DNA of 64,000 nucleotides, taken from positions 83,143,041 to 83,207,040 of the forward strand of contig NC_068986.1 of assembly GCF_001194135.2 (NCBI RefSeq), in the 5' to 3' direction. The stretch is from Octopus bimaculoides (taxonomy: Eukaryota). A program made the position numbers and the translations under genes. Positions 39,351 through 52,760 of this stretch are shown here, piece by piece. The notes beneath the pieces are model-generated. The model was not told where the DNA came from. It saw nothing but the letters and a program-made list of their open reading frames with translations, and made no database searches. How positions within the stretch are numbered: the stretch's first letter is position 1; each line of letters starts with the position of its first letter.

Positions 39351-40009
39351 AGCAATAAGAGAATGGAGGGGAATATGAGGTACTCATCAACTTGCAGACA
39401 CTACTCTGTTGATTAATCCGTTTATTTTACAACCAGAAGGACAATAAAGACAATATACAGACACTTATGACATACTATGTCATATCAACAATTAAAATTA
39501 CAAATTTAAAAGCACATCTAGCAACCAAAGAAGGGACAAAATCTGTCCTCCTCATATATAGTTACAATGACTCTTGACTCTTTTGGTATGCATGTACGAC
39601 CATCTCCATACGTGCATCTGAACAATCATATGGGTATTCATATGTTTATGTTTTTGTATTCATGGGTATCTGTATGTGGTAATGTATACATGCATATACA
39701 TGTATATATGAATTTTTATGACTCTTTATATGTTTTTTTATATACTTTTTGTCTGTCTTTTTTTATATGCTTTTATATTTTTATATTTCTATTTTTATAT
39801 TTGTATTTGAATTTTGCAAAATTCATGAATTGAATTTTGTAAATCTCTGAAGAGGCCTAGTGAATCATGCATGTACCCCATTGCACCCTTTTCATCTACC
39901 AATCACTCTAGCGTACTGGAGCTATATAGATAGAATGGGGCATGCCAACGCTAGGCCGAAACAGCTGTAAGATTTTGTCCCTTTGTCCCAGCTGTAAGAT
40001 TTTGTCCCT
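39351..40009. mobile_element. Non-autonomous Penelope-like / retrozyme-like element with inverted arrangement
   Basis: Contains the intact HHR; 14-nt inverted match 39531-39544 versus 39970-39983; 21-nt direct repeat cagctgtaagattttgtccct at 39962-39982 and 39989-40009. Confidence 0.65.
39841..39975 (+). ncRNA. Type I hammerhead ribozyme with intact core
   Basis: Stem I AAATCT(39841-46)/AGATTT(39970-75); CTGAAGA(39847-53); stem II GGCCTAGTG/CGCTAGGCC; GAA(39958-60); palindromic ACAGCTGT; GUA triplet. Predicted cleavage between 39969 and 39970. Confidence 0.88.
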
Positions 40010-43000
40010 ATGACGTATACATATATGCAGAAAATTGTCAAATATTACTTAATTGCAATACTATAAGAACTTTTCTAGCACAAATATATGTACATGTATA
40101 CATACATATATACATACATACATACATGTATGCACATGCATGCATGTATGTACACACACACACATACATATATGCTGCAACTGCAATGTTGATCAAGATA
40201 ATTTAATTCAATAAACAGTTTATTGTTTATAGTTAACTTGATACATATAAACAAGCATAATAGTAAAATGTACTGAAAATTCTAATCCTGTCAAGAGCTG
40301 TTTTACTGTTGATTATATTTCATGATTTTAAGTGCAAGTTTAAAGAGATATTTTCTGTGTGGAGTAATTATATGTATGTGTATTGAAAATGAATGTATTA
40401 ATTTTCCTGTGCTAAGAGGAGTAAAAAATATTAAGTTTGGTGCTGTAATTTTGTCTTTATCAAAAGGAAGAATAGTTAATATGTATGAAGTTAACAAACA
40501 TACAGAGTGAAAAATCCACAAATAATTGACTCTGTCTTTGTGTTCATTAAATGATTGTTAAAGGCACATTTTATTTATGTCACCCAATATATGTCAAACA
40601 TATTATGTACAATCTCTAGGCTTAGAATTTAATGAAGAGTAGCAGAAGAAGTGTGAATTTGCATTTGATCATAAATATTAAACTGTCTCTATGGCAAATA
40701 ACAAGACCGACTTAAAGTACCTAGTAAATAAGGTACAAAAATAAATTACTTTTGGAAATGTACCAAATTGATCAGAAACTGAATGTAATTCTTCAATAGA
40801 ACTCAAGCTTTTTAATTCTTTTTCTCAAGAAAAAAAGCATTGCTTTGAGAGCATTTCTGTCACTGTCTTGTATGAATGTCAAGGAAATAGTAGTCAGTCC
40901 CATTCACTTTTGAAAATAACTGTTGAAATTAGGAGTAATTATCATGATTAGTATAATTATTAATCTACTTCAGTAAAATCAAGTTTTCAAGCTGAAACAG
41001 TTTCAGATTTGTAGGTTTCATATTTATGAGTAGAAGATGGATTCTAAAGCTTAAATAATTATGTCTTTGTTGCAACACATGAATTTTTTGACTTATTCAA
41101 TCATTTTTACTTCGTTGAATGATGGAAGTTCCCAGTAACATAAAATAAAATTTAGGAGCACTTAAGGCTTTGAGTTTCTGAGTCAAAAATCCATCAAAAC
41201 CCAAACTTTTTTAATGAACCTTACGAAAAGTTTAGTTACTAACATGCACACATAAGTGAAGAAAATTCATTAGTAGTTCTTTAAAAATAGAACATTTACA
41301 AAGCTAAAAATGTTAATCAGATTTTAAGTGTTCTATTTCACAATTATCAAATATTAATTAATTGCAATACTGTAAGAACTTTTCTAGAGCAAATATTAAA
41401 GTTTATAAGTATTTATTGAACAGAATATGGTATCAAATTGCAAAATGCCAACAGTTTTCATTATTATAGATTTAATATTCCATATTACCTAACTAAATGA
41501 TTAAATTAGGCCACAAGTTGAATACTTTTTTAAAGCTTCTCATTTTTACATTTTGCATACTTGCAATAAATTTTCAAATTTACTCAATGAGATTTTGCAG
41601 AAGTGATAAGTGTTAGACATACTGAGCATGTTTTATAACTTGATGCCCAGAAAATAAACTGGATGTCAATTTGACATTGGACTCCTTTTTGATATTTCAA
41701 AAATATCAGACATGGTTGTAGGGAAGTTCACTTCAAAATCATGTTGTTTCGCATTCAGTTTTATTGCATAGCACTTTGATTAAGGGCAACTAATGCTTTA
41801 CAATATATATATGTATATATATATATATATATNNNNNNNNNNNNNNNNNNNNNNNNNNNNNNNNNNNNNNNNNNNNNNNNNNNNNNNNNNNNNNNNNNNN
41901 NNNNNNNNNNNNNNNNNNNNNNNNNNNNNNNNNNNNNNNNNNNNNNNNNNNNNNNNNNNNNNNNNNNNNNNNNNNNNNNNNNNNNNNNNNNNNNNNNNNN
42001 NNNNNNNNNNNNNNNNNNNNNNNNNNNNNNNNNNNNNNNNNNTATATATATATATATATATATATATATGTAGGAAGATAATAAGAAAACTGATTTGGAG
42101 GTGAAAATACACATGGGTCTGAAAATGAAATGTGGTTTTAAAGAAATATTTTAATCTAATAAAATGCCATTTCAGTTTCAATAATTTATTTTATTTTTCA
42201 ATGGTAAATAAAACTGAGATGAAGATCTAAAGGAAAGAGAAAAAGTTTCAAAGGATAAAATTTGCTCAAAATTAAATGCTCTAAAGATTTCATAGTAATA
42301 AATTAGACATGGAGACTTTAATGTACAAGAAACAATTTTTTCACAAGTTCTGTCATATTATATGAAGGTGAATTGTTTGTTATTTGCTTTATTTGTTCAA
42401 ACATGGAACTTGAACTATTTTTCAAGTTCCATGTTATTGCTTTGTATATATTGCTACTAAGACAGGTTTAAATCCCAATTGGCTACTTACTCAAAGGCAT
42501 CACTTGTTTTTGTCTGCCTGTGACCTAGCATTCTGGTGGGTTGACTATTTGGGCAAGTCATTTGTTTATCATATGTTCTGGTCACATTATTGTTAGTCCA
42601 GTATTCTAGTTGGTTTACTGCCTGGTGATGTCATTTGATTATCAACTTGTTTTTGTACAATAGTAGTCCAGCACTCTGGTTGGTTGTCTGTAGATGTCAT
42701 TTGTTTACTAAATGTCCTGGTTTCTTGTTAAGGGTTGACAACAGGAAGAGCATTCATTCATTCATTCATTCAAGTGTATAATCCTGCATCAATTAACTTC
42801 CTGTCTAACCCAGTGTTTTCAACCATGGTCTTGGATTGAACAATAAACTTGCAAGCAAAAATTTGTTGCATGTGTGTGTATGTGTGTATACACTTACACA
42901 CTTTCACTGATATATTTTAGTAAAGGATATATATTTGTCTAGTAACTTAAATATCAATGTTTTATGAACAATGTCAATAAGACATTTTTCTGTATCAAGT

Positions 43001-44099
43001 TAGACATTCTTTTATTATTCTTGTCATCAAAAATGCAAACCATTGATCCATTATGAACCTCTAACTAACAAAGCTATTGTTTACATACTTTGACATACAA
43101 TAAATTATTAATAAACAAATGAAGCACAGAGCACTAAACATGACTGCCCACAAATTTTTAATTCAGACAAAAAAAAGTATGAATGAATAGAAATTTTGAG
43201 AATTAACAACATATATTTGAATCAATAATCATGTAATTTTTTTTTTTTAATTTCCTGTTAATTTGAATGGTAAATAAATAAAGACCTTGAGAAGTGAACA
43301 TATAACAAACCAGCTGACAAAATTAAGAGTTGGCTTAATGTGTCTATTTTGATAAGACAATCAAAAGATGCAGATAAAGGAAACCTTTATAACAGAGCAG
43401 CTGTACAGGGTGGAAGCAAGACGGATGTGTGTGGATGGTATTTTTGAAAAATTGTAATTTTAAACAGAAAATGTAAAATGAAATATGAATGGTGCATCTG
43501 TTTTGTTTGTTGCTATTCATAGACTTGCAGAACAGCTTCTGTTTTACTCTTAACCATCATTTATCTACATCTTGTTATTTTTCTAAAAATTGCTTCTACT
43601 CCTTATTCATGGAACCTTTCTCAAAGAACATTATTTTCTCAAGTCTTTTGCTTGAACCAATAAACATCTCCCATATCAGTTGCTTTGTTTAAACAACCAA
43701 ATTGAGGGATGCACAAGGTTGATACAATAAATGCAAGTTATTATGAAATCCTTTTTCTTCTTAGAAATCTTTTTTTTTCACTACTCATTTAACAAGCAGA
43801 AATACATGATTTCATACATTTACCACAAACCCAAACAATTTTTTAAATATTACCTGGTTTATCACAGGCATGACAATTTACGACATCTTTATTCCTTAGT
43901 GTACTATCTTTAATTTCCAACAATTTTATTTCTCTCACAAGATTATAGGCAGTAAGTTTCTACCTTACTAAAGTTACTCTATCTCACTAAACATTTAAAA
44001 TGTTACACATCAAACAGCTGTTATATAATTCAACAACTGCAATAAACCTTCATATTATCTATACCCACCTATTGCAAGCTGTCTTTTTGTTTCTAAGTA

Positions 44100-46010
44100 C
44101 AGTGGTACCTTGTCTTATGAGTGTCCCAACTAATGAGTTTTTCGAGATATGAGCCATCTCACAGCCTATTTTTTTGTTTTGCAATGTGAGCTAAAATTCA
44201 GGTTATGAGCCAGGTTCAGATACCCTGCCGCTAGTTGGCATAGTGAATGCCACAATGAATGTCGTAACATCCACCCAGCATCCCGTGTCTCACTCGATAG
44301 CTAGACAGATATACACATTAGCAAGTGCAAAGACCACTAGTAGATTGATAGATAGACAGACATGCACATTAGCAAGTGTGAAGATCCTCAGTGGGTCATT
44401 AGCTAGACCAGTGTTAAAATGCTTACTTAATCGTTGCAGGCTACAGAAGTATCAGTGTTGTGCTTGCAATTGTGCTTGTAGTTATTTTGCAAAACTTCCG
44501 AAGAAAGTGTGAAGGACAGTGCTGAGAAGAAGCGGATGATGTGCATTGAATTAAAGAAAGAAATCACCGAAAAACATGACCAAGGTGTGCATGTAGTCAA
44601 CACTCATACTGCTTCACAGTACGAGTGTAGCACTTCTATGATCTGCACCATACTGAAGCAGGAGTTGATAAAGGCTATAACACCAGCCAAGGGCATTAAA
44701 ATAATTTCTAAACAGTAGACATCTATCTATGAAAATATGGAGAAGCTGCTGATGATGTGGTTGATGGAGAAGCAGCTTGCAGGAGATACCATAATGGAGG
44801 TTATAATCTGCGAGAATGCATGAGCAATTTATACTGATTTGCTGCAGTGGACTCCAGAAACTTATACAGACGAGGCATTGGGCAAGCTGTTTAAAGCTAG
44901 TTGGGGCAGGTTTAAGAATTTTAAAAAGAAGACCAGTTGGGCGGTGAGAGCACATATGAAAGCAGCTGAGGATCACCTCAAAACTTTTGCCAGAATTATA
45001 GCAGCTGAAGGATACATCCCCGCTTCAACTGTGATGAGACAGGGCTTTTTTGAAAGAAGATGCCATGGAGGACTTATATAACGGCAAAGGAGAAGAGGGT
45101 TCCAGACCACAAACCCATGAAAGATAGGCTGACCCTTGCACTGTATGCCAGTTCGAGCAGTGACTGCAAGACTAAGCCTTTAAGTCACATAAAATTCTGA
45201 AAGAAAAACTACAGGTCATGTGGTGGGCAAATCCAAGGGTGTGAGTCACCAGGTAGTTCTCTGTGGAGTGGGTAAATTTGGTCTTTGGTCCTGAGGTTAA
45301 GAAATATCTCCAGGAAAATAACCTACCCCTACAAGCCCTTCTCATTCTGGACAATGCACCTGCTCGCCCACCTAACCTTGAAGATGACATCCTTGAAGGG
45401 TTCAAGTTTATAAAGGTTCTCTACTTTCCACCCAACACTACCCCTCTCCTGTAGCCCATTGACCAACAGAAGATTTCTGATTTCAAGCTCTTCACAAGCA
45501 CCTGTTCCACTGCTGCTTTGAGGTGACAGAGAGTACAAACCTCACCCTTTGAGAGTTCTGGAAGAACCACTATAATATCATGATATGCCTCAGAATTATT
45601 GATATGGCCTGGCAGGGTGTTACAAAAAGGGGTTTGACCTCTGCATGGAAGAAACTGTGGCCTGAGGTTGTGTCTGAAACAGACTTTGAAACACTTGAAC
45701 CTGAAGCGAAAGTGGTGAAGGAGATTGTATCCCTCGGTAAGTCCATGGGCCTGGATGTGGATGAAGATGACATCAATGAGCTCATCAAGGAGCACTCCAA
45801 GGAACTGACAATGGAAGAGCTAAAGGAGCTACAGACGCAGCAGCACACAGAGGTTTTGCAGGAAATAGGTGACGTGGAGGAGATGAAGGTCATCTCTACA
45901 AGTGAGATAAAGGAAATGTTAGGAATGTGAGAGAAACTTTCAGACTTTATTCAAAAGAAACACCCAGAAAAGTTGCAACTGGGTGAGTGATAGTGCTATT
46001 TAATGACACT
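44100..46010 (+). mobile_element. Tigger/pogo DNA transposon with decayed transposase; right TIR not seen
   Basis: TA + CAGTGGTACCT left end; CENP-B-type HTH (IELKKEI...EKLLMMWL.EKQLAGD...FKASWGRFKNFK); DDE region (FGPEVKKYLQENNLPLQALLILDNAPA); IIDMAWQGVT...SAWKKLWP. Many stops and frameshifts. Confidence 0.9.
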
Positions 46011-46089
46011 TGAGAACAGCTGCTTTTGGGGACTCTTGTATAGTGATGATTTAATTGTATGGAATTGTGAAGCACCCAGCAAGTGCTAA

Positions 46090-46480
46090 TCACATTTTCC
46101 AACAATTGGATAGTTATCATAGCTGAGTTGATCAAAGATATAGAGAGGAAATTCTGAACTTGGAAACAAAATTTGAAATTGAGAGTCAAAAAGTAAACCT
46201 AACAATGACTAAAGTTTTAGAAGTGGCTGAAATTCATAAGCAGAAAATTAGAGAGGAATTCCACAGAGTGTACCCAGCAAAAAACTATCGATACACAAGG
46301 TATAGTGAGATCACAAGCAAGCTGACAGAGGAAGTAAAATACATGTACAGCAGACACACAAAAGTAGTTAACAGTAAGACCACACATGAAATAAATTACT
46401 TTAAATGCTCAGAGGGCTCTGAAAATAATGACATACAAGTTTTGCTTAAGGCCAACAGAACTATTCTATCATGTGCACAT
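46090..46480 (+). mobile_element. Possible Gypsy gag-like fragment
   Basis: DQRYREEILNLETKF...NLTMTKVLEVAEIH resembles the gag motif D..IREKLL....LTL.KA.EIA; remote similarity judged by eye only. Confidence 0.3.
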
Positions 46481-47589
46481 TTACCATTTAGCTTTTACTT
46501 GATTCAGTCACTGGACTGCAGCCATGCTGGGGCACTGCCTTAAAGAGTTTAGTCAAGTAAATTGACCCTAGGACTTAATTTTTAAAGTGTGGTACTTTTT
46601 CTATCGGTCCCTTTTGCTGAACTACTAAGTTAAGGGGACATAAATGAACCAGCACTGGTAGTGAAATGATGGTGGGAGACAAACACAAATACAAAGATAT
46701 TACACATACAGACGTATATGTATGTGTGTGCATGTGTGTGTGTGTGTGTACACACACATGATGGGCTTTTTTCAACTTCTATCTAACAGATCTACTCACA
46801 ATGCTTTGGTCAGCCCAGGGCTATAGTAGAAGACCCATGCTCAAAGTGTTGTGCAGTGGGACTAAACTCAAGATCACATGTTTGGGAAGCAAACTTCTTA
46901 ACCACACAGCCAAATCATCTTGAAGTATTTATATAAAATCATATTTGCCTTGAGTATTTTTAGTTTAATTCTGTAAGATAAAATACTATAGGGAACAGAT
47001 AACCATGTTTAAGAAAAAAATCTAATTAATTAAATATATTGAAAGGAATTTTCAGCATTTAAACAAAGTATGCAAAGCAGTTCATAATTCTATGATTGAG
47101 GTAGCTTCTCAATAACTAATGAAAAATTGTGTTAGAAATTCAGAATGGCAACTTAACTCCAATTTAAAAGTCTAAAATAAAAAGTTGAGAAAGGTTACAC
47201 AACACATGTATCTGATAGAAAAACCTTTAGTTATCTAAGCCATATTTTTGAAATCACCCACCTATGTTGGACAATATTTTCTTCATTTGGGAGGTACTTA
47301 GCATTTACAACTATCTGTGCATCTCATTTCCAGGTAAAAATAAAATCTATCTGGCTTGAGTGTGTTTCATGATTAATAGATGATCAGGTAGCTGGCTGAC
47401 TGGTTTCCTGACATTCATATCATAAAATTTATTTGAAAGTTAATAATTAAATAGGAGACAAAAGAAAAAACTGCACAGATGCATTTATTACCTCTCTTCT
47501 TACTATCCCCTTTGTTCCCTGGACCTATATAGAATTTTCCACTACCCACCATGGAGCCTTACTATCCACTTTAAGAATCAGGTCAGAAA

Positions 47590-49490
47590 TGGGGGCATAT
47601 GCCATTGTAGCATGTTGCTGCATACACCATTTGTCCCAGGCAATCCTCTGAGCAGTGTTCCAGTCATTCCTCACCTGTGTAAGATATTTCCTCATCTGCC
47701 ATGGCTATGTGGCAAGCCATGGGTTGTCACCTCAGCCAGATCCTCAGAGAACAGAACACAATACGCAGGATCTAACTTCAAAAATAAAATAACATGACCA
47801 AACAGTCTGAGCTGACACTCCTAAATCATGCAAGTAACAGGAAATACCCCAGTTTCTGAGTATAACCATTAGTTGGATACAAAATCTGACCAATGGTAAC
47901 CCGTAATCCCCCAAAACATTCTAGTACTAAAGGAGTTCAGGTGGCTCACAAGGGCTCTGGATGGTGTCCAACTCTTGCAACTGTAGAACAAGATAGGGAG
48001 GACCAGAGACTTGAAGATCTGAACCTTTGTCTTCCTGCACAGATATTAGCAGCACAAAACACTCTTGTCCAGTGAGTCCACAACTGTATCAGGACATCCA
48101 AGTCTTTCTAAGACTTCAAACTCATAGCTGTGGGTCACACTGCCAAGATAAGTGAAGTGGTCAGCATCCTCACCTACAACAGATGCAGATGAGATAGAGT
48201 CCCCCAGGAAGCCAATGAAACACTGGATTTTTGTCTTGACCCAAGACACTCTAAAGCCAAGTGGTTTTGCCATCTCACTTAGTGAAAGAAGAGTGCTGCT
48301 TAAGACATCCAGAGACTCAGCAAGAATAACTGCATCATCAGCAAAATCCAGATTAGTAATCCTAGTTTTGCTAATGTGTGTGCCACAACTCAATCAAGTC
48401 ATCATTTGGTCAAGTATACAGTTTGTGCAGACATTGAACAGAGTAGGAGCCAAAACACAACCTTGACAGACCCCAGAGCCAACTGAGAAAAAGTCATTAA
48501 GCATTATGATTTCACTGTAGGCAATACATGAGCCAGAAGTGTGAAGTTGCCTCTGAACCTCCTCACAAATTCCTTGAATATACTTTCCTTTGTCAGACCT
48601 CAGTGCTCTGACTACCCCACATCTCAGCCTCCAAAGCATATCAGCAGGGGGCCCACACAGTCTCACCCTGTGGCTGCATACCATTGATGTGAGGGTCTCC
48701 CTGGAAAGGAAACCAATACATTCACTAGCAGTTGACAGTAGGTTGTCCTTGTAAGTTTCTCACATTCTCACAGGCATAACTAAGGGACCAGCCCTAAGTA
48801 GCACAGACCCAAGCTAGTGTGAAAAGTCTTGCTTACACTGTTGTCTTTGAGTCTGTTGACCTATAATCTGGGATCTGCTGCCTTCAGCCTTTCAGACTTC
48901 GGTCATAATCTCAACTCAGTCACCACAAATTTATGACCAGTGCCCACAAAGCTAACACTCTGAAAAACCCTGCAGTTCTGTAGGACTTTCCAATGGTCAT
49001 CCACAAGCTTGTGACTGATCTCCTTTGCCACATGACCAGTATTAGAAGACCAAGTTCAGCAATGCAGCTCAGGATATTCATACCAGGAACCAGCAATGTG
49101 AACTCTGTGGCTTGTGGCAAAGTCCAGGAGCATCACACTATTTTCATTTCTAGTACTGGACTCAAAAGGGCTGGTGACACTCTCATATCCCATTCTGTCA
49201 ATGCCAGTAGATGTGGTGAAATCTCCCATGACGAAAGATGCGTTTCTGTTGGAAATACTCCCAATGACAGAGCATAGTCAGGCATAGAATGCCTCACTCA
49301 TCGACCTGTCACTCACAGCATACACTGCAACAAAGGAAATGATACCCCGAGAAAGTGGGATCCTCAGCGACATAATATGCCCTTTGACAGGTGTTACATC
49401 TGATATCATTGGAACCAGTCAGTTGGCTACTGCAACTGCTATCTTCCTGACATATCCGTCAGCAGAGCACCCAGACCAATAGTTTCAGAA
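47590..49490 (-). mobile_element. RTE-clade LINE (endonuclease + RT) with internal deletion, a different family
   Basis: APE-type motifs LLDFATSHRVHIAGSW...TWSSNTGHVAKEI...LQNCRVFQS; RT GSGVCQGCVLAPTLFN, ITNLDFADDAVILAES and HFTYLGS. The middle of ORF2 is missing near 48510. Confidence 0.85.
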
Positions 49491-49519
49491 TCACTGATCT
49501 GAAGTAAGAGCTACTGTAG

Positions 49520-50130
49520 CTTGCATAGTTATTTCCATTATTATAAATATAAGTTTATTCGTGAAAATAATTTTAATCATCTTCATAACTCAAGTTTTAG
49601 CTCAAGAATATTATTGTGATATATATTCTAAAACTGAAGTAACTAGATTACTGTGGATAACATTTAACCAAAAACAACTTAGAGCTGAATTATATCAAAT
49701 TATTTATCATTACATAAACTCCAAGATTGTGAATATTGGTAAAATAAGGCAAACATCTGATAGACCAGATTTAATGAAGAGAACTTCCATATGAAACTTA
49801 AATATTAAAAAGACATTTTATAGAAGCTGTAGGTTATATATGAATTATCACATTTCAGAAATGTGGCCTAGTTCATTGTCATAAGCTAGATCTAGAATAT
49901 GGTAGATGTGTGCTTGTAGAACTATCAAATCAAGAAATGCAGCCAAGACTATTTCAAGCTGTTACAAAGTATGATGCATAGTCTATGTAGAGAGATAATC
50001 TTAATATGCCACGCGTAGTTGATAGTAAATGTTAAAAACAATGCCATGAAAATTTCTTGGGAACTACTATCCAAAATATTAAAAACTATCCGCATTACAG
50101 ACATCAGAATAATGTTGCTACGGCCATCTG
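49520..50130 (+). mobile_element. Helitron Rep (HUH endonuclease) relic
   Basis: AQEYYCDIYSKTEVTRLLWITFNQKQLRAELY (cf. QQYxVDxYxKIExxRLxxIRxNQxxLRxExY), DRPDL, and ITFQKCGLVHCH (cf. IEFQKRGLPHAH); deleted and frameshifted. Confidence 0.8.
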
Positions 50131-50379
50131 AATTTAATGTAGGTTTTGATAATCAGTTATAAGTACATTTTTTGCATCGCAGTATTAAAAATGTTAGTCA
50201 TTCTAATATAGAAACACATGGAATGGCTAGATCAGTAAAATATATTAGTAAATAATATTCAGAAAGTTAACAACAATATAACAAACTATTAAGAGTATAT
50301 TGTTTATGCCAAAGAACAAGAAGTACTACAAATCACCAGTTGACATGATCTTTTGACATCTTCATCAAATATAACTTAT

Positions 50380-52760
50380 TGAGATAATTTTTCTTTCTCA
50401 TCCTGAGTCTTCTTCTTCCACAGGTGCCATTCACTTTGAGTTTGCTTATGCAGCTATCATCCTCCATCCATATAATGTGCCTATACCATCATAGTCTCCT
50501 CTCTTGCATGCTCCATCTGATTCTCTTTACATTCACATTGCCTCTCTGCTCATTACACTTTATTGTCCATACACAGTAGCATGACACATCCAGTGAACCA
50601 TACTTGTCTCATTTCTTTCTAGTTTTGGCAGGTCCTCCGAAAAACCCATGTTGTGCTGCCATGCAGTAGTACACTTCACATACAAGCATCATACAATCTA
50701 CCTTTGACCTTGAGGGATAAGCCCTCTGTTGTCAGCCAAGGTAATAGCTCCCTAGACTTTCCTCAACCTGTTCTTATTCTAGCTAACTCACTTTTAGAAT
50801 ATCTACCCCCAATGCTAATTTGGTCACCTAGGTAGCAAAAGCTATTAACTATTTCTAAGGAACAATTGCAACATTTGAGAAAATGCATTTCCAATGTGCT
50901 TAAATGTTTACAGTTCCACTACACTTGCTGCATATGAAATCTACTTTCTGTTAGCCTGCATGTGATCCCACTATACTATTTTGTGCCCATTGTTTATAGC
51001 AGGTGCACTTTATGGAATTTCCATTAATTCCCTTTTTGCAGATGGAGTATGGCTATTTTCCTGATGCTTTAAAGATCCTGTCTACCTTCCCATTTACTAA
51101 AACTTTTGTTTTAGCTAAGTATACTTTAAAGCCCTTCAATTTCAGATTTTGCTTCCATGACTGGAATTTTAGTTTCAATTTTATTACAAATTCTATTAGA
51201 AGAGCTGAGTTGTCAGAATACAGGAGCTCCCAAAGACAACCAATCTTAAACTCCTCTATTATGCTTGGAAGACTATAATAAATGGGTGCAGACTGAGAGA
51301 TAAGCCCTGCTGTACCCCTACCTGCACAATAAATTCATTGTTGATTCTCACCTTGCTGACTGCCTCTTTGTACATAGCTTGTACAGCTCTCACAAACCAT
51401 TCATCTACTAGTTTCCTTAGTGACAATCAAATCACAATGCAAGGAGACCCTGTCAAAAGTCTTCTCTAAATTGACAAATGCTAAGTATACAGACTTATTC
51501 TTAACCATGTATTTCTCTGGCAGTTGTATCACAAGGAATGTGTTATCAATGGTGCTTCTTTCTGCAAAAAACAAACAAACCATGCATCATCCAGACTAAT
51601 CCTTTCCTAATCAGTTATCCTTTCTGTAACTTTCATAAACTGGTTTGACTGTTTGATGCCTATGTAGTTTTCTCTCTCTAGAGCATTTTCCTTGTCACTG
51701 GTTATGACACCTTCCGGTTTAACTTGATTTACTATTATGTACCTTAGTCTACTAGATATTTTAAGATTTGCAGTGACTATCCTTGATGGCCCACTTGCTT
51801 ACCCTACTTTTCAATTCCTTACCACTCTATCAAACAGCTGATTTGTCTTTTGGGTCTACATGGAGTAGGCTCTCTCTCCTGTGCATTCTCCACATTCAAC
51901 AACCTCTCATAGTAACATTTACATGTCTCTTTCTTTTCAGTGTCAGTGAGAGTAAGTGTGCCTTTATCTCCCCAATAAGATCTCAATTTTCTCTAGTATA
52001 CTGTCTAGCAATGTCTCATGCATTTGCCCCTCATGTCAAAATACGTGCAAGTTTCTTTGCCATGTATGCCTAACATTTAGCTTCCTTTTTAGCCATCTGC
52101 TGCTCCCTCTCTTGCAGTCTTTCCAAGTCTCTCTTTGCTGTTATGACATTGTTTACAGTATTGTTTTACCACCATGTAACCTTGAGTTTGGCTGGTATCT
52201 TGCACTAGCCACAAGTCTAGTCTATAGTCTCCAAAAGATTGTCACATAAAAACTGCCAGTTCTGCACTATGGTATATATATTTCTCTCCTCCTCACTACT
52301 ATCGTTAGTGTCAGTTACTTCCAGATCATCTTTTGTCTCCGTGACGGGATAGCTCTTATTTTAAAGTCACCAACCACTCATCTATGTTGTGAAATACAGT
52401 CATCACCCAGGAAGGTCTCAGCACACAGTCACTCATTTATCCCCTTTTCTGATGAAACTAAAATCTTTCTAGTTGTTTACTCACCTGATTGGGAGCTCAT
52501 TAGGTGACTGGGTCATGTTATATGCTGAAGTTTATGTTACAGATCATGAGAGTGTTTGCATCACAGAACTCTAGGAGTTTTGATCCCTATTCATGTCTCA
52601 TACTGAACTCATGCATACCATGTGCTAAAAAAAAAAAAGGCCTTCATGGTACTGTTCAACTTATCCATTAAAATCACTAGCTGTGACAATAAAATAGTCT
52701 GCAGGGGCAAGCAGAGTAGCAGCCACAAATGTTTTGCTTGGCTTGTCTAAGTTTAATAAT
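50380..52760 (-). mobile_element. Old RTE LINE relic (endonuclease to 3' end)
   Basis: Scattered motifs: FIVTASDFNG, STIDNTFLVIQLPEKY...YLAFVNLEKTFDRV, GLSPLLFI, YLGD. Confidence 0.65.

Noticed and set aside
40748-40778. Minus-strand SDQFGTFPK, resembling the GALM N-terminus
   Set aside because: Very short, weak acceptor, no start codon, and it ends in phase 0, which is incompatible with the phase-2 GALM exon.
47325-47340. CAG|GTAA recursive-splice-like sites (also at 61245-61260)
   Set aside because: A few such 7-mers are expected by chance, and no plus-strand host gene is established.
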